In this document: one piece after another, positions 1-12,252 of the stretch
Layout: every line of letters starts with the position of its first letter
Numbering within the stretch: position 1 is the stretch's first letter
Source: Octopus sinensis
Taxonomy: Eukaryota
Length of the DNA: 64,000 nt
Direction: 5' to 3'
Assembly: GCF_006345805.1 (NCBI RefSeq)
Contig: NC_043001.1
Span: 55,862,001-55,926,000 of the forward strand
Notes under the pieces: model-generated
The model's database searches: none
The model's input: the letters and a program-made list of their open reading frames with translations, nothing else
What the model was told of the DNA's origin: nothing
Made by a program: the position numbers and the translations under genes

Positions 1-1950
1 CACTAAACTAAACAACCATCATGTCGTCACCACCACCACCAACACCACCAAGGCCACCAGCACCAACAAGCACCCACCACACAAATCATGTTCTTTGAAA
101 TATATAAACAAATATAAATGCAATAAAATATCTCGTAATAATATATTGATGGTTGTAGTTGTCTTCTTGCAGTGAATTGTGATGGTGGGGATACGAGGAG
201 GGTGACCGTGGTGGCAGTGGCCTGTTTATAATCCAGGCAAATGTGGGTGTCGTGAAAGGGCATGGGTTGTGTGAGGGAAAGGAGGAGATATGATGGGATT
301 CAGAGTCGGGGGGGGGGGGCAGGAGGAGGGATTGGAGCAAATGGGGGTAAGAGGAGTGATGGGCACAGAATAAGTCACCACAAAACAAACAAACAAGCAA
401 ACAAACGGAATCGACAATCTAAATGAAATTATGGCTGGTAGCGGTGGGTGTGAGGGGGAATGGTATAGAGGTTCCTGCTTCCTAATCCAATTAGGGTGTT
501 GTTATTATGCCAATCTATCTCTTGTCTAGTTTGTTGTCTCATCTAATGGACACCAGGATTGGATAAAATAATCCATAGATTAAGAACACACACACACACA
601 CATACACACACACACACATGCATACACACAAACAGCAAAGCAGTATAGCAAAAACGATACATAACAAAAAAGAGAAAATAGTAGAAAGCATTTATTTCTG
701 TTATCTGATTATTTTTTACCATTTCAGTGATTTTAAAAACAAAAATTCAATGAAAGTTTCTCCAAATGTTTATTATTATTATTATTATTATTATTTGTTA
801 GTTTTTGTCCCCTCACTTTCTCTCAGCTTCTTACCCCTCTCTCATTATATCCTCCCTCCATAACCAAAAAAAAAAAAACAACCCAAATAGTTGAGAATGG
901 AGAGAGAAAGAGGAATCAACAGTACTCCGAAATATATTGTTCAGATATTTAGAGTTGTTCAATAAATAATCAATCAAAACAGAATTTGGAGAGAGAGAGG
1001 ACTGAAGAGAGAGGAAACTTGCATACAAAAAAAATATGACAAAAATAAAATAAATATGAGAAAGTTTATGAAAGTAGAATAGAGGAAGGTGATTGTGACA
1101 TTTTAATTTGAATTTATGGACAGACTTGGGAACATTTCTAGTTGATTGACCACCATAGTCAGAGATCTGATAGTCTTGGAGCCAATGAAAGAGAAGGGGC
1201 CTTATGTGGCTGGTTGATCAATTAACCTGATAGAACTGGCAGCTGAATTTCCTTCAAATCATACCCTACCATCTCAAAAAAAAAAAAAAATGGAAGGGCA
1301 TTTTTGATAGGGGCAACCTCCATTGGTTTCGATGATGAACATCTAATTGTTCAACTTACTGAATTCTCATTCATGAAATTAATGTGGAAGTGACTGAGTG
1401 CTCCACAGAAATGTTACCCTTAATGTTTGTTAATTCTCAGGCTGAATCATCACGACACAAGGCTAAATCTTTGAATCACAGGGAAAATTCTGAGAGAAGT
1501 GGTGGTGGGAATTAACTTTGGTATTGGACTGGTACTTTATTTATCAACCCCCAAAAAATGACCAAATGTAAAGTTGATACCATTGACATTTGAACCCAGA
1601 GTGCAGAGATCCAAAATGAACTTTATCCGATGGTCTAATTATTCTGTCAATTCACATTTTATAATGCAGAGGAGAGAACATTGTCAGAATTAAAGACAAG
1701 ATGGTCACAGATGGAATGTCTTTGACCTTGGTTTGGTGGATCAGCTTACATAGGACTAAGCAATGAGACAAACATCTCTAATTAAAAACAAAATAGTGTA
1801 TGCTTTACGTGGTCTGCTGATCTGCTAGGAACAGTAGCCAAATATCTATCAAATCACAACCTACTTTCTTTTATCTTTTACTTGTTTCAGTCATTAGACT
1901 GTGGCCATGCTGGGGCACTTCCTTGAGTAGGGGAGGAAACATTGACAGAA

Positions 1951-1984
<34 letters not shown>

Positions 1985-2374
1985 ATGTGCGCACACATAT
2001 ATACATATATAAATATATATATATAAATATCACATGATCACATGACCAACAAGGCTATCAGATGTTGTTACACATCACTAGTCACATCATTTTTGTGTCA
2101 TCTTAGCCTTCAAATAATGCCATCCTGCTGGCTAGGCAAGCAGGCCAACATTCCCTTCTGATTGAAAGTGGGCTGGAGCAACGTGAAATGAAGTGTTTTG
2201 CTCAAGAACACAATGTCGGTAGAATTAGTCTTTTGTATTCTGAGTTCAAATTGCACCAAAATAAATATTGCTTCTTTTTACGCTGAAATCAACTTTACTC
2301 TACATCCTTCTGGGGTGGTGTGGGTGAGTCAATAAAGAAGTACTGGTCAGTCAAATACAGGAATCAGTAGAAAT

Positions 2375-2774
2375 CAGGAGTGGCTGGATGGTAAGTAGCT
2401 TGTTTACCAGCCACATGGTTCTGGGTTCTGTCCCACTGCATGGCACCTTGGGGAAATGTCTTCTACTATAGCCTCAGGCCGACCAAAGCCTTGCGAATGG
2501 ATTTGGTAGACGGAAACTGAAAGAAGCCCATCGTATCTATATATATGTGTGTGTGTGCGCGTGTGTGTGTATGTTTGTGTGTCAGTGTTTGTCCCCCAAC
2601 ATCACTTGACAACCGATGCTGGTGTGTTTATGTCCCTGTAACTTAGCAGTTCAGCAAAAGAGACCGATAGAATAAGTACTAGGCTTACAAAGAATAAGTC
2701 CTGGGATCGATTTGTTCAATTAAAGGTAGTGCTCCAGCATAGCCATAATCAAATGACTGAAACAAGTAAAAGAA
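2375..2774 (+). mobile_element. tRNA-headed SINE, family A
   Basis: Head caggagtggctggatggtaag...ggttctgtccc (A/B-box-like), ccttggggaaatgtcttc block, internal (TA)(TG) microsatellite, tail ...gactgaaacaagtaaaagaa; matches the better copy at 47368-47784. Confidence 0.85.
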
Positions 2775-2930
2775 TCTACTATACAGGATGGTCCAGAAGT
2801 CATGCACCAAAACATTTGCCATTTATATTATATTATTATTATTTGGTCTTTCATCCTTTCAGGGTCAATAAAATAAGAACCGGTTGAGCTACTCTATTGA
2901 ACTTGCTGGCCTTGTTCCAAAATTTGAAAC

Positions 2931-2933
<3 letters not shown>

Positions 2934-2963
<30 letters not shown>

Positions 2964-2974
2964 TATCATTATTA

Positions 2975-3012
<38 letters not shown>
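2934..3012 (+). repeat. (ATC)n(ATT)n microsatellite at the tail of a family-B SINE fragment
   Basis: Direct reading; follows ...ccaaaatttgaaac tail. Confidence 0.95.
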
Positions 3013-3014
<2 letters not shown>

Positions 3015-3384
3015 TTTCCTTTGTCTTGTAGAGTACGTGTGTATTCATCATCATTTCATTTATTTTATTGAATTTTAGAAAAATTGAAATGTACAATTGA
3101 AATGAGTTTTCATCTTGGTGTGTGACTTTTGACCCACCCTGTATTTCTCCCACTAAAATCAAGTTTTGTACCAGTGTCAGATCATTAGTAATGATGCTTT
3201 TGCTGTGATATAAACTGTTGTGTTGCAGAAAATATTCAGTTATACAGTGGCCTTCACATTCATTGTTCGAATCCTACTGAGGTTAGCTTTGTCTTTCATC
3301 CTTCTGGGATTGATAAAATAAAGTACCAGCCAAGTTCTGAAGTTGATTAATTCCCTCACCTCATAATTTCTATCCATGTGCCTA

Positions 3385-3385
3385 G

Positions 3386-3422
<37 letters not shown>

Positions 3423-3495
3423 TAATAATAATAATAATAATAATAATCATTATCATCATCACCATCACCATCATCATCATCATCATTATCATTGT
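3385..3495 (+). repeat. (AAT)n(ATC)n compound microsatellite
   Basis: Direct reading. Confidence 0.95.
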
Positions 3496-3559
3496 TTTTA
3501 TTTTTACCATTATCATTCCATTAGCCTTCTTGTTTATTGCACGTTTTCGCTGCACTCTC

Positions 3560-3880
3560 AAGTGCAGCTCTGTTAGATTCATGTATTAGGTACATACAGC
3601 ATTACATTGTACTACAAATGTATGTGTACCATGTTTAATAATTACCATGTAATTTTCTATAAGTTTATGGTTTTGGTTATACATTTCTTTGCATCTCTAC
3701 TCATTACTATAGAGATTATTTCTCTTTCTAGTTCCCATATTCGGAATATCTCCATTTCCAGCTTCTTATATTTTGATAGTTTATTGATATTCTTTAGTAA
3801 GATGGCTATGCTTTGCTTCAATAAGAGTATAATCATTTCTTGTTCATTTTGTTCTTCTACTATTTTTTTTTGAATGGTTC
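3560..3880 (-). mobile_element. Degenerate 3' fragment of a restriction-like-endonuclease (R4/Dong/NeSL-like) LINE
   Basis: Minus frame reads KLSKYKKLEMEIFRIWELEREIISIVM, resembling the K..KY.DLE.EI..MW.L....PIV region after the REL motif; (ATT)/(GAT)-rich tail downstream at 3385-3530. Confidence 0.5.
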
Positions 3881-4659
3881 ATGTACTGTTAATTAGAAAT
3901 TCACTTACTTTCACCTGTAACCCTTTGTAGATATCCAGGTGGATTTTTTCCCTTGATTACATCATCTTCAGAGATACATTGTAGCAAAGTTCTTGTGGCA
4001 GTCTTTTGTAATTAAAGCCTTTTTTATAGCTTGTATCCTAGGCAGAACCACCTATGGTTGTAAATCAGGTTGTAGTTCAGGATAGGTATCTGGCTCCTTA
4101 AGTATTGTCATACATTTACAGATTTGTAACAAGTAAGCACTGATTTTCAAATTTTATGCAGAGCCTGTGTAGAAAAGAAGTATGAGCACAATTAGAGAAT
4201 TGTCAGTGGAGCTCTCTACTCTACAAAAGCTGAGCGTTGATGTAGTATGTCACTCCCAGCTATAAAGCCACAATGATTCATCATAGCATCTTTCACCTGA
4301 GTGTGTGCTCAGGGCCCTCTCTTAGTGTGGGCCCAATTTGAACCAATTGGTCTCATTGACTTAAAATCAGCCCTGATGGTGACATGGGGTCTACCTTAGC
4401 TCAGTAATGGTGATGCATCTCAGCTTGGCATGTCAAGGTTTTCATTCCTTTAATAACCCTGTTATTAGACAGTCAAATATATTTTAGTATTTTAGTTTCA
4501 TGTAAATGTTTAAATTTAAGCTTTTCATTGTATGATATTGCAAGGATTTGTTTTACAGTCCATCACATGTCATCGAAATATTTGTGGAAAGTCACAGCTG
4601 AGATATGTCATAGGTTCATCAGCACTCTCTTAAATATTGTTTTCAAATTTTGGCACAAG

Positions 4660-4858
4660 GCCAGCAATTTTTTGGGAGGGGACTGTTTGATTACATCGAC
4701 TCTAGTGCTCAACTGGTACTTATTTTATTGACCCCAAAAGGATGAAAGACAAAGTTGACCGTGGCAGAATTTGAACTCTGACTATATAGATGGAAGAAAT
4801 GCCACAAAGCATTTTGCCCAGCAAGCTAATAATTCAGCCAGCTTGCTGCCTTAGCACT
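4660..4858 (-). mobile_element. SINE family B
   Basis: Reverse complement of the ggcagcaagctgg...gagttcaaattc...ctttcatcctttt ggggtcaataaaataagtacc consensus seen at 36676-36895. Confidence 0.8.
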
Positions 4859-5169
4859 CTCTTAGATATTGATGAAGTGCCATTTCTTCAGATCAAATAT
4901 TAAGGATAAGTTTTTGAAACCCTTGGCCTAATAGTGCCACTGAGGTGTAGTACCAGTTTATGAAAACTTATGCAAGGATGGCAGCACAAACTACAGGGGA
5001 ATGTCTGAGGTGCAGTGGTATTTCATTGCAACTTTTGCAAAGATAACAGTACAAACAGTGGGATAAAATCATGGAAACAATGTGGTATGTTTGAGACACT
5101 GTAGAGGAGATAACATCGTTCTGGATTTAACCACTTTACAGTGTATTCTGGGTGCTTTTAATGTAGCAA

Positions 5170-5375
5170 AGCACTTGTGCCAGAGCTATGTTAAAAGCAC
5201 CCAGCACACACTGTAAAGTAGTTGGTGTTAGGAAGGGCATCCAACTGTAGAAATCAAGCCAAATCAGACTGGAACCTGGTGTAGCTCTCCTACTTGCCAG
5301 CTCTGGTCAAGATGTCCAACCCATGCCAGCATGGAAAATGGATGTTCGAGGATGAGGATGAGGATGATGGTGATG
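5170..5375 (+). mobile_element. Family D repeat (RTE-type 3' tail with ttaggaagggcatcc block, (GAT)n end)
   Basis: gtagttggtgttaggaagggcatccaactgtag...aacccatgccagcatggaaaatggatgtt followed by (GAK)n. Confidence 0.75.
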
Positions 5376-5963
5376 ATGAAGGAAGGGTAACAACCTTGAG
5401 CAGGCCTTCCTAGACTAGTGGACAGAAAGGGGAAAGAAACCATGATATAGGATACCATAGCAGGAAGCAACTCACTAAGTTATCCTTGCAACATTATAAT
5501 TTCAGTTAAAAGTATACAAAGGCAAAATAGGAGTGTTAAAATGGACAACAGATTATGTTTACTATTCATGCATTCATGGATCAATGTATGGGCTTATATA
5601 GAACAATTGCTGTTATATCATGCAGGAAGGATTAAGTTGCCCACTGGGTCTTTCACAAGAAATGTCAGGCAGTGTTTTTGTGCTTTCAATTTGTAGCTAA
5701 ATACATGAGGTTGAAAAATTTTAGCAGGATCTTTTCCTTTTGGAGGAAACTCCCAATGTTTTCTTCCAGAATGTGAGGATGGAGAGAAAAGTTTGTGATT
5801 ATATTTCTGATTTTCATAACGTTCCACTTTTAGTACCCATGTAAAACTAAATCAACAAAATCCTCATTGTCACCAACACCCCCAATGCATCCTTCCCCAT
5901 CAAATTTATTACTCCATAACAATGTTAAAAAGCACATTATCATTATTGCTGTTATTGTTGTTG

Positions 5964-5995
<32 letters not shown>

Positions 5996-6001
5996 TTTAT
6001 T

Positions 6002-6225
6002 AAGGCAGTGAGCTACTGGCAGAATTGTTAGCATGGTGGATGAAATGCTTAGAAGTATTTTATCTGTCTTCGTGTTCAGGGTTCAAATTCTGCTGAGGTC
6101 GACTTTGCCTCTCATCTTTGCAGGGTCAATAAATTAAGTACCAGTGAAACATTTGGGTTGATGTAATCGACTCATCCCCTCCACCAAAATTTTAGACCTT
6201 GAGCTTATAGTAAAAAGGATTATTA
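6002..6225 (+). mobile_element. SINE family B flanked by (ATT)n
   Basis: aaggcagtgagct..ggcagaattgttagc head, gggttcaaattc B-box-like motif, tail aaaggattattatt. Confidence 0.85.
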
Positions 6226-6287
6226 TTGTTATTATTATTATTATTGAGTGAGAGAGCAGTGCATACCATCAAAGTGACACTGGGGTA

Positions 6288-6337
<50 letters not shown>

Positions 6338-6363
6338 CATTATTATTATTATGATTATTATTA

Positions 6364-6405
<42 letters not shown>

Positions 6406-6416
6406 TATCATTATTA

Positions 6417-6498
<82 letters not shown>

Positions 6499-6630
6499 CA
6501 TTATTATTATTATTATTATTATTATCATTACTATTATTATCATTATTATTATTATTATTATTATTATCATTATTATTATTATCATTATTATTATTATCAT
6601 TATTGTTATTATTATTATCATTATTGTTAT
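6288..6630 (+). repeat. Long imperfect (ATT)n/(ATC) microsatellite (~340 bp)
   Basis: Direct reading; source of the poly-I/N/L ORFs. Confidence 0.95.
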
Positions 6631-8706
6631 TAATGCTAACTTTTGTAAATAAATATTGAGTCATCTTTAGCTTTTGCTTCATTTTATTTTAAACAAATGA
6701 AGTACAAATCAGCCGACAGCTAATACTGCTGTATTGGTTGTCAGTCAGATGTGTCTATTAACAAAACCAAAACTGGATGCTTGATGGTTGTTAATCACAA
6801 GTAAGACAGGTTAGGATGAAACAAATCATTTGTATCAACAAGACTTTTAAAAAAATTCACTAGATTTATAGTGTCGTTACCCATCCCTATCAACAATAGA
6901 CCAGCAATATTTTCTTTTTCTTCCCCAATATTTTTCTTAAATTACTAAGGTGAAAATGAAATTAACAAAAATGACATACTGCAAAAACATGAATAAAAGA
7001 CAAACAAACAAACATAACGTTGTGCTTTGTTTTCCCCTTGCCCCAGTTGGTCTGATACCTTAAATGGCTCTGATTGGCTGCTGAGTATGTGTCATCATAT
7101 TCTCCCCCTCCTTCTCTCCATACACTCCTACTCACATGGCTATGTTTCTTACTCCATCTCTCTTGATGTCTCCTATAATCCCTTCATCTCTTTCCTGTCA
7201 TCCTTCCTCTTTTATGGTTTCTACAACACACACACACACACACAAGATATTCTAATTTTCACTATTCTACATGATGTAAAATTAAAATTAGAGAAACAAG
7301 ACCCTCCTTTTTATTTCTGGACATCTGTCTCTAGATTTATCTGCAATAAATAGTGCTCCGAGACAACAGATTCAAATTTTAGATATTATTTTAAAATAAC
7401 AAATGAGTTGGAAATTCTCTTATATTATCAATCATTTTTGTTGCCAGGTGCTGTACCAAATAATAAAGTAAAAAAAGGAGGCGGTGGGGTAGTTGCGAAA
7501 TTTTTATTTGCTCAGTCTGACGAGCTGACAAATAGATGCCCAAATTGTTTATGCTTGAGCGGTTGGATTTTGGCAAGGTATCCAACTGTAAAAGTTCTTG
7601 CACACTTGAGCAATCAATATCCATTCTTTGAAAGATGTAAAAATAAAACATAAAAAGAAAAAGAAAGCATTTTGTTGTGTCTGGGTTTGGAAAAATAGGT
7701 GACAAAAATAGCCCCTATAGAATCTCATTACTGTTTGCCTGTCTATCCAATATTTATTTAGAACTTACAAGGAATTTATATTATTGGCATATGGGTAGGG
7801 ATTAAATCAACACTAGTTTTTGACCGGTACCTATTTTATCAATCTAGGAAGGAGGAAAAGCAAAGTAAGAACATAAAGGAAAACAACTAAAAACTGTAAT
7901 GCATTTTGTCTGCTTCTCTACTACTACATGGATGATAAATGATATGAAATTTGGTTCTAAGTTACCAAACCACTTTTAATGAGCTGCTTTAAAGTGTTAA
8001 TATTTAATTTGAAATCAGGATCCCAAATTACATTATTACATGAATGATAGCACATACTTTGCAAAGTAAAATTTCCATCATACTACAATTGTCTTGTATT
8101 CCAAAAATAAGACAAGTATAGCAATAAATATAGCAATAATTAATAATTAATTAAATAAATAAAAAAAAGTTACATATGTTTACAAGATGAATAATTACAA
8201 ACATGTCTTTGATATATCACAGTTCTAAGTTAACCAACAATAAATTTCCACTCAGGTTCTTGATTGTTCAGAAAATTAATTGACATCCATATATTTCTAT
8301 TCGTGTTAGAAATATTGTTTCAAAAGAGCTAAAGTTCAAAACCTTTCACAGGCTTTTGCTGAGCTGGTGTTTAGCTTTGGTTTTTAATGTGAAGTGGATA
8401 AAAGGGAAAATGTTCTCTCTAAATAAAAAGTTATTGTAGGTAAGCTTACCTTCAAAAATCCATTTCTCACATGTAAAGAACTGAAGATTCTGACTGACAT
8501 TTTAATCACAATGATTAAGAAAGGCTAAATTGAAACTATAAACATCTAAAACTGGCCATATCTGGCCAAAATATTCTGACTATTTTATGTTCAAACTGGC
8601 CAGATCTAGCTCTTTGCACCAACCCTTCGATGTCATTCTAAAAGTAAACAATCACATCTTTTAAATTTCAAAGCTATGAGATTATGTATGAATCATTCTA
8701 ACCAAT

Positions 8707-9120
8707 CATGGCTGTGTAGTAAGAAGCTTGCTTCCCAACCACATGGTTCCAGGTTCAGTCCCACTGCATGGTACCTTGGGCAAGTTTCTTCTACTTTAGC
8801 CTTGGGCTGACCAAAGCCTTGTGAGTGGATTTGGTAGAAGGAAACTGAAAGAAGCCCATTATACATATATATATATATGCGTATGTATGTGTGTATATAT
8901 TAGTGTGTGTCTTTGTGTCTGTGTTTGTCCCACCACCACCACCACTTGACAATTGGTGTTGGTGTGTTCACATCCTGTAACTTAACAGTTTGGCAAAAGT
9001 GACTGATAGAATAAGTACCAGGGTTTAAAAAATAAGTACTGGAGTCAATTCCTTCAACAAAAAATTGAAGGTGGTGCTCCAGCATGACCACAGCCTAATG
9101 ACCGAAACAAACAAAAAGAA
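8707..9120 (+). mobile_element. SINE family A
   Basis: Full head-microsatellite-tail structure as at 47368. Confidence 0.85.
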
Positions 9121-9142
9121 AAAGACAAAATAATTATTACAT

Positions 9143-9326
9143 AGGTGCAGGAGTGGCTGTGTGGTAAGTAGCTTGCTTACCAACCACATGGTTCCGGGTT
9201 CAGTCCCACTGTATGGCAGCTTGGGCAAGTGTCTTCTACTATAGCCTCAGGATGACCAAAGCCTTGTGAGTGGATTTGGTAGATGGAAACTCAAAGAAGC
9301 CTCTCTTATATATGTATATATATATA

Positions 9327-9384
<58 letters not shown>

Positions 9385-9600
9385 TGTGTCTGTGTTTGTC
9401 CCCCCCAATATTGCGTGACAACTGATGCTGGTGTGTTTATGTCCCCGTAACTTAGCGGTTTGGCAAAATAGACCAATAGAATAAGTACTAGGCTTACAAA
9501 GAATAAGTCCTGGGGTCGATTCGTTCAACTAACAGGCGGTGCTCCAGCATGGCCGCATCAAATGACTGAAACAAGTAAAAGAATAAAGAGTAAAAGAGTA
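9143..9600 (+). mobile_element. SINE family A (tandem with the previous copy)
   Basis: aggtgcaggagtggctgtgtggtaag head, long (TG)n, tail gtaaaagaataaaagagtaaaagag. Confidence 0.9.
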
Positions 9601-10043
9601 TTTGACAGAGTAATGTGAATGCTAAAGGGTTAGTGGTTAAGTTTTTTCTAAGCTACATAAGCTTTGGCCATTATGATATACTGTAAACTTGGGTAGGAAG
9701 TCTACTTCAGGCAGATACAAAATCCAGACAAGAGGCAAAAGCTGACCTGAGAGATGCTGAATGAAGGACAGGCAAAGTATAAAGTTACTTGACAGCAACA
9801 GCAAAAATTATCTTGCATAAAACAGTAAAGTTGATATCACCATAAACAAACATTATATCAAGGTCAGTTGTATAAATAGAACCTGATTCCTTAACAGAAC
9901 TATTACAAGATAACCTTTTGTAGTTTTTGACTCATCAGCTTTTGCAAACCGAATTCCAGAATAACTTGCATCTCCATCACCATCTTCTAGAGTAATGCCT
10001 TTTCCATTTTGTCTGCCGCAGCTATGAGAAATGTTTCTATATT

Positions 10044-10431
10044 CTTTTCTACTCTAGGCACAAGGCCTGAAATTTTTGGAGAGGGGTCCAGTCGATTGGA
10101 TCAACCCTAGTACACAACTGGTACTTAATTTATCAAACCCGAAAGGATGAAAGGTGAAGTTGACCTCAGCGGAATTTGAAATCAGAACATAAAGACAGAT
10201 GAAATATCTATTTCTTTACTACCCACAAGGGGCTAAACACAGAGAGGACAAACAAGGACAGACAAACAGATTGAGTCGATTATGACCCCAGTGCGTAACT
10301 GGTACTTATTTAATCGACCCCGAAAGGATGAAAGGCAAAGTCGACCTTGGCGGAATTTGAACTCAGAACGCAGCAGACGAAATACCTCTAAGCAGTTTGC
10401 CCAGCACACTTTTCTGCCAGCTTGCTGCCTT
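10044..10431 (-). mobile_element. Dimeric family-B SINE with 17-bp TSD
   Basis: Two B-type units joined by a ctacccacaaggggctaaacacagagaggacaaacaaggacagacaaac linker; TSD agaaatgtttctatatt at 10027-10043 and 10432-10448. Confidence 0.9.
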
Positions 10432-10859
10432 AGAAATGTTTCTATATTGTGAGAGGCAAGATGTTGAAATACAGAAGGCATTAAAGGTGATAAGCAGGTA
10501 GAATCGTTAACACATTGGACAAAATGTTTAGCATCATTCTTCTGGTTCCTTATGTTTTGAGTTTAAATACCATTGAGGTTGACTTTGCCTTTCATCCTTT
10601 CAGAGACTGATATAATAAGTACCAATTGAGCCAGCAGATCTAAACCGCTTGGATGCCACTTGAGATGGTGCTTTGGTCAAAAAAGAATTAAAAATATTGA
10701 GCAGTTTTTAAGCCAAATTGTATATGGAGAAGCTGTGGTTGGGTGGATTATAAGTAAGAAACTGAAATTGTCTAAATCTAATTAAGATAGTCAGATATGA
10801 GCAAAATGTGTGATGTGTCTCGTCACGAATACCAAAATAATTAAGCAAAACATATATAA

Positions 10860-11105
10860 GTAAATAAAACTAAAGAGTCCCTTTGCAGTCACTTGACCTT
10901 CTTGAAATAGCAGCCAAATCATAACTTATAATATTAGAAGAAAAAAATGGATAAATGAGATAATGGGGTCCAATATTTTACTATAACTGGGGTGTGGGTG
11001 GGGGCAGATATCCAGGATGGTCACTTTTAGAATGTCTTTAATTAGAAGTTTGCTCAAAAAAGGCTGACCTAAGACAGGCTAAAAAAATACCACTGCCAAC
11101 AACAA
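10860..11105 (+). mobile_element. Family E repeat (gtcacttgacc..gaaatagcagccaaatc, (AAC)n tail), old SINE-like
   Basis: Same motif order recurs at about 1800-1870, 24020-24215 and 60440-60645. Confidence 0.6.
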
Positions 11106-12021
11106 CAGTAGCTAGATGATTTGTTTATTTATTTTGTTTAAAAATCATATTTGGTAAATAGAATTCCAGAAGTTTTTATTTATATTTTGGCAGCATTAAA
11201 GATTTTTGCTCTTTTCTGATGTTGGCGATGATGATGGTGATAGTGGTGGTGATGATAAGGAGGAGGATGATGATGAGGAAGACAGAGGAGGTGTGATGAT
11301 GTTTGTGATAGATGTAGTATTAGTTGTAGTTGTAATAGTAGTAATAGTAGTAAATGGTTGTTTTGGTAGATGTTGCTGATATTGATCTTAGAAGTGGTGA
11401 GATGAATGAAATGTAATTTCACAGCTCAGCTTCTAGCTAACCCCACCTCCTTCCCTCACACTCCCACACACCCACACTTTCACACACACACACACAAACA
11501 CTGTTGCTCAATATGATTGCTGGGTAGTGATGCTGATAAACATAAAATAAGGCCAGGCAGATGCTGCATCCCAGTGGAACTCACATCAAAGATTATCAGT
11601 TCACAACCTGATGATAAGAGAACTTATTAGATGCTTGTATGTATATGACACATTTGCTGAAATAGTGAATAGTTAGTTTTATAGAATATTGGGGAATATG
11701 GCCTTATTATATAGAGAGAAGTTTATTTTGAGACTAAGGGAGAACAATTAAGGAAGAATTAAGATCAATCCAGGCTAGAATCAATCTATCACAACCCTTT
11801 CAATTCTGGTTATTGTCTATGTATATATATATATATATACATATAAAGGCAATGACACCATCTCAGCTAGAAGAATATTTGACATACATTTGAAATTTGT
11901 GGCTTAGTTTATAAAAATAATTGAAAGAAACACCCAGAGACGCCTGCTGTATGAAAAATACATACTGAAGTCATTGCTGACATAGTTAATGTAGTGAGTC
12001 AAGAGGTGTTTATTAATTATA

Positions 12022-12056
<35 letters not shown>

Positions 12057-12059
<3 letters not shown>

Positions 12060-12252
12060 TTGTCCCCCTAGCATTGCTTGACAACCGATGCTGGTGTGTT
12101 TACGTCTTCGTCACTTAGCAGTTCGGCAAAAGAGACCGATAGAATAAGTACTAGGCTTACAAAGAATAAGTCCCGGGGTCGATTTGCTCAACTAAAGGTG
12201 GTGCTCCTGCATGGCCGCTGTCAAGTGACTGAAACAAGTAAAAGAGAAAAAG
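12057..12252 (+). mobile_element. SINE family A, 3' half
   Basis: tgtccccctagcattgcttgacaaccgatgctgg...gtgactgaaacaagtaaaagag. Confidence 0.85.

Noticed and set aside
3909-4000. Minus-strand exon TATRTLLQCISEDDVIKGKNPPGYLQRVTGE with donor GTAAGT
   Set aside because: Only a poor acceptor is available before an in-frame TAA, and it abuts a decayed LINE fragment.
6269-6682. Poly-N/poly-I/poly-L ORFs (also 2851-3162, 3382-3582, 51254-51484)
   Set aside because: Translations of trinucleotide microsatellites that lack stops in some frames.
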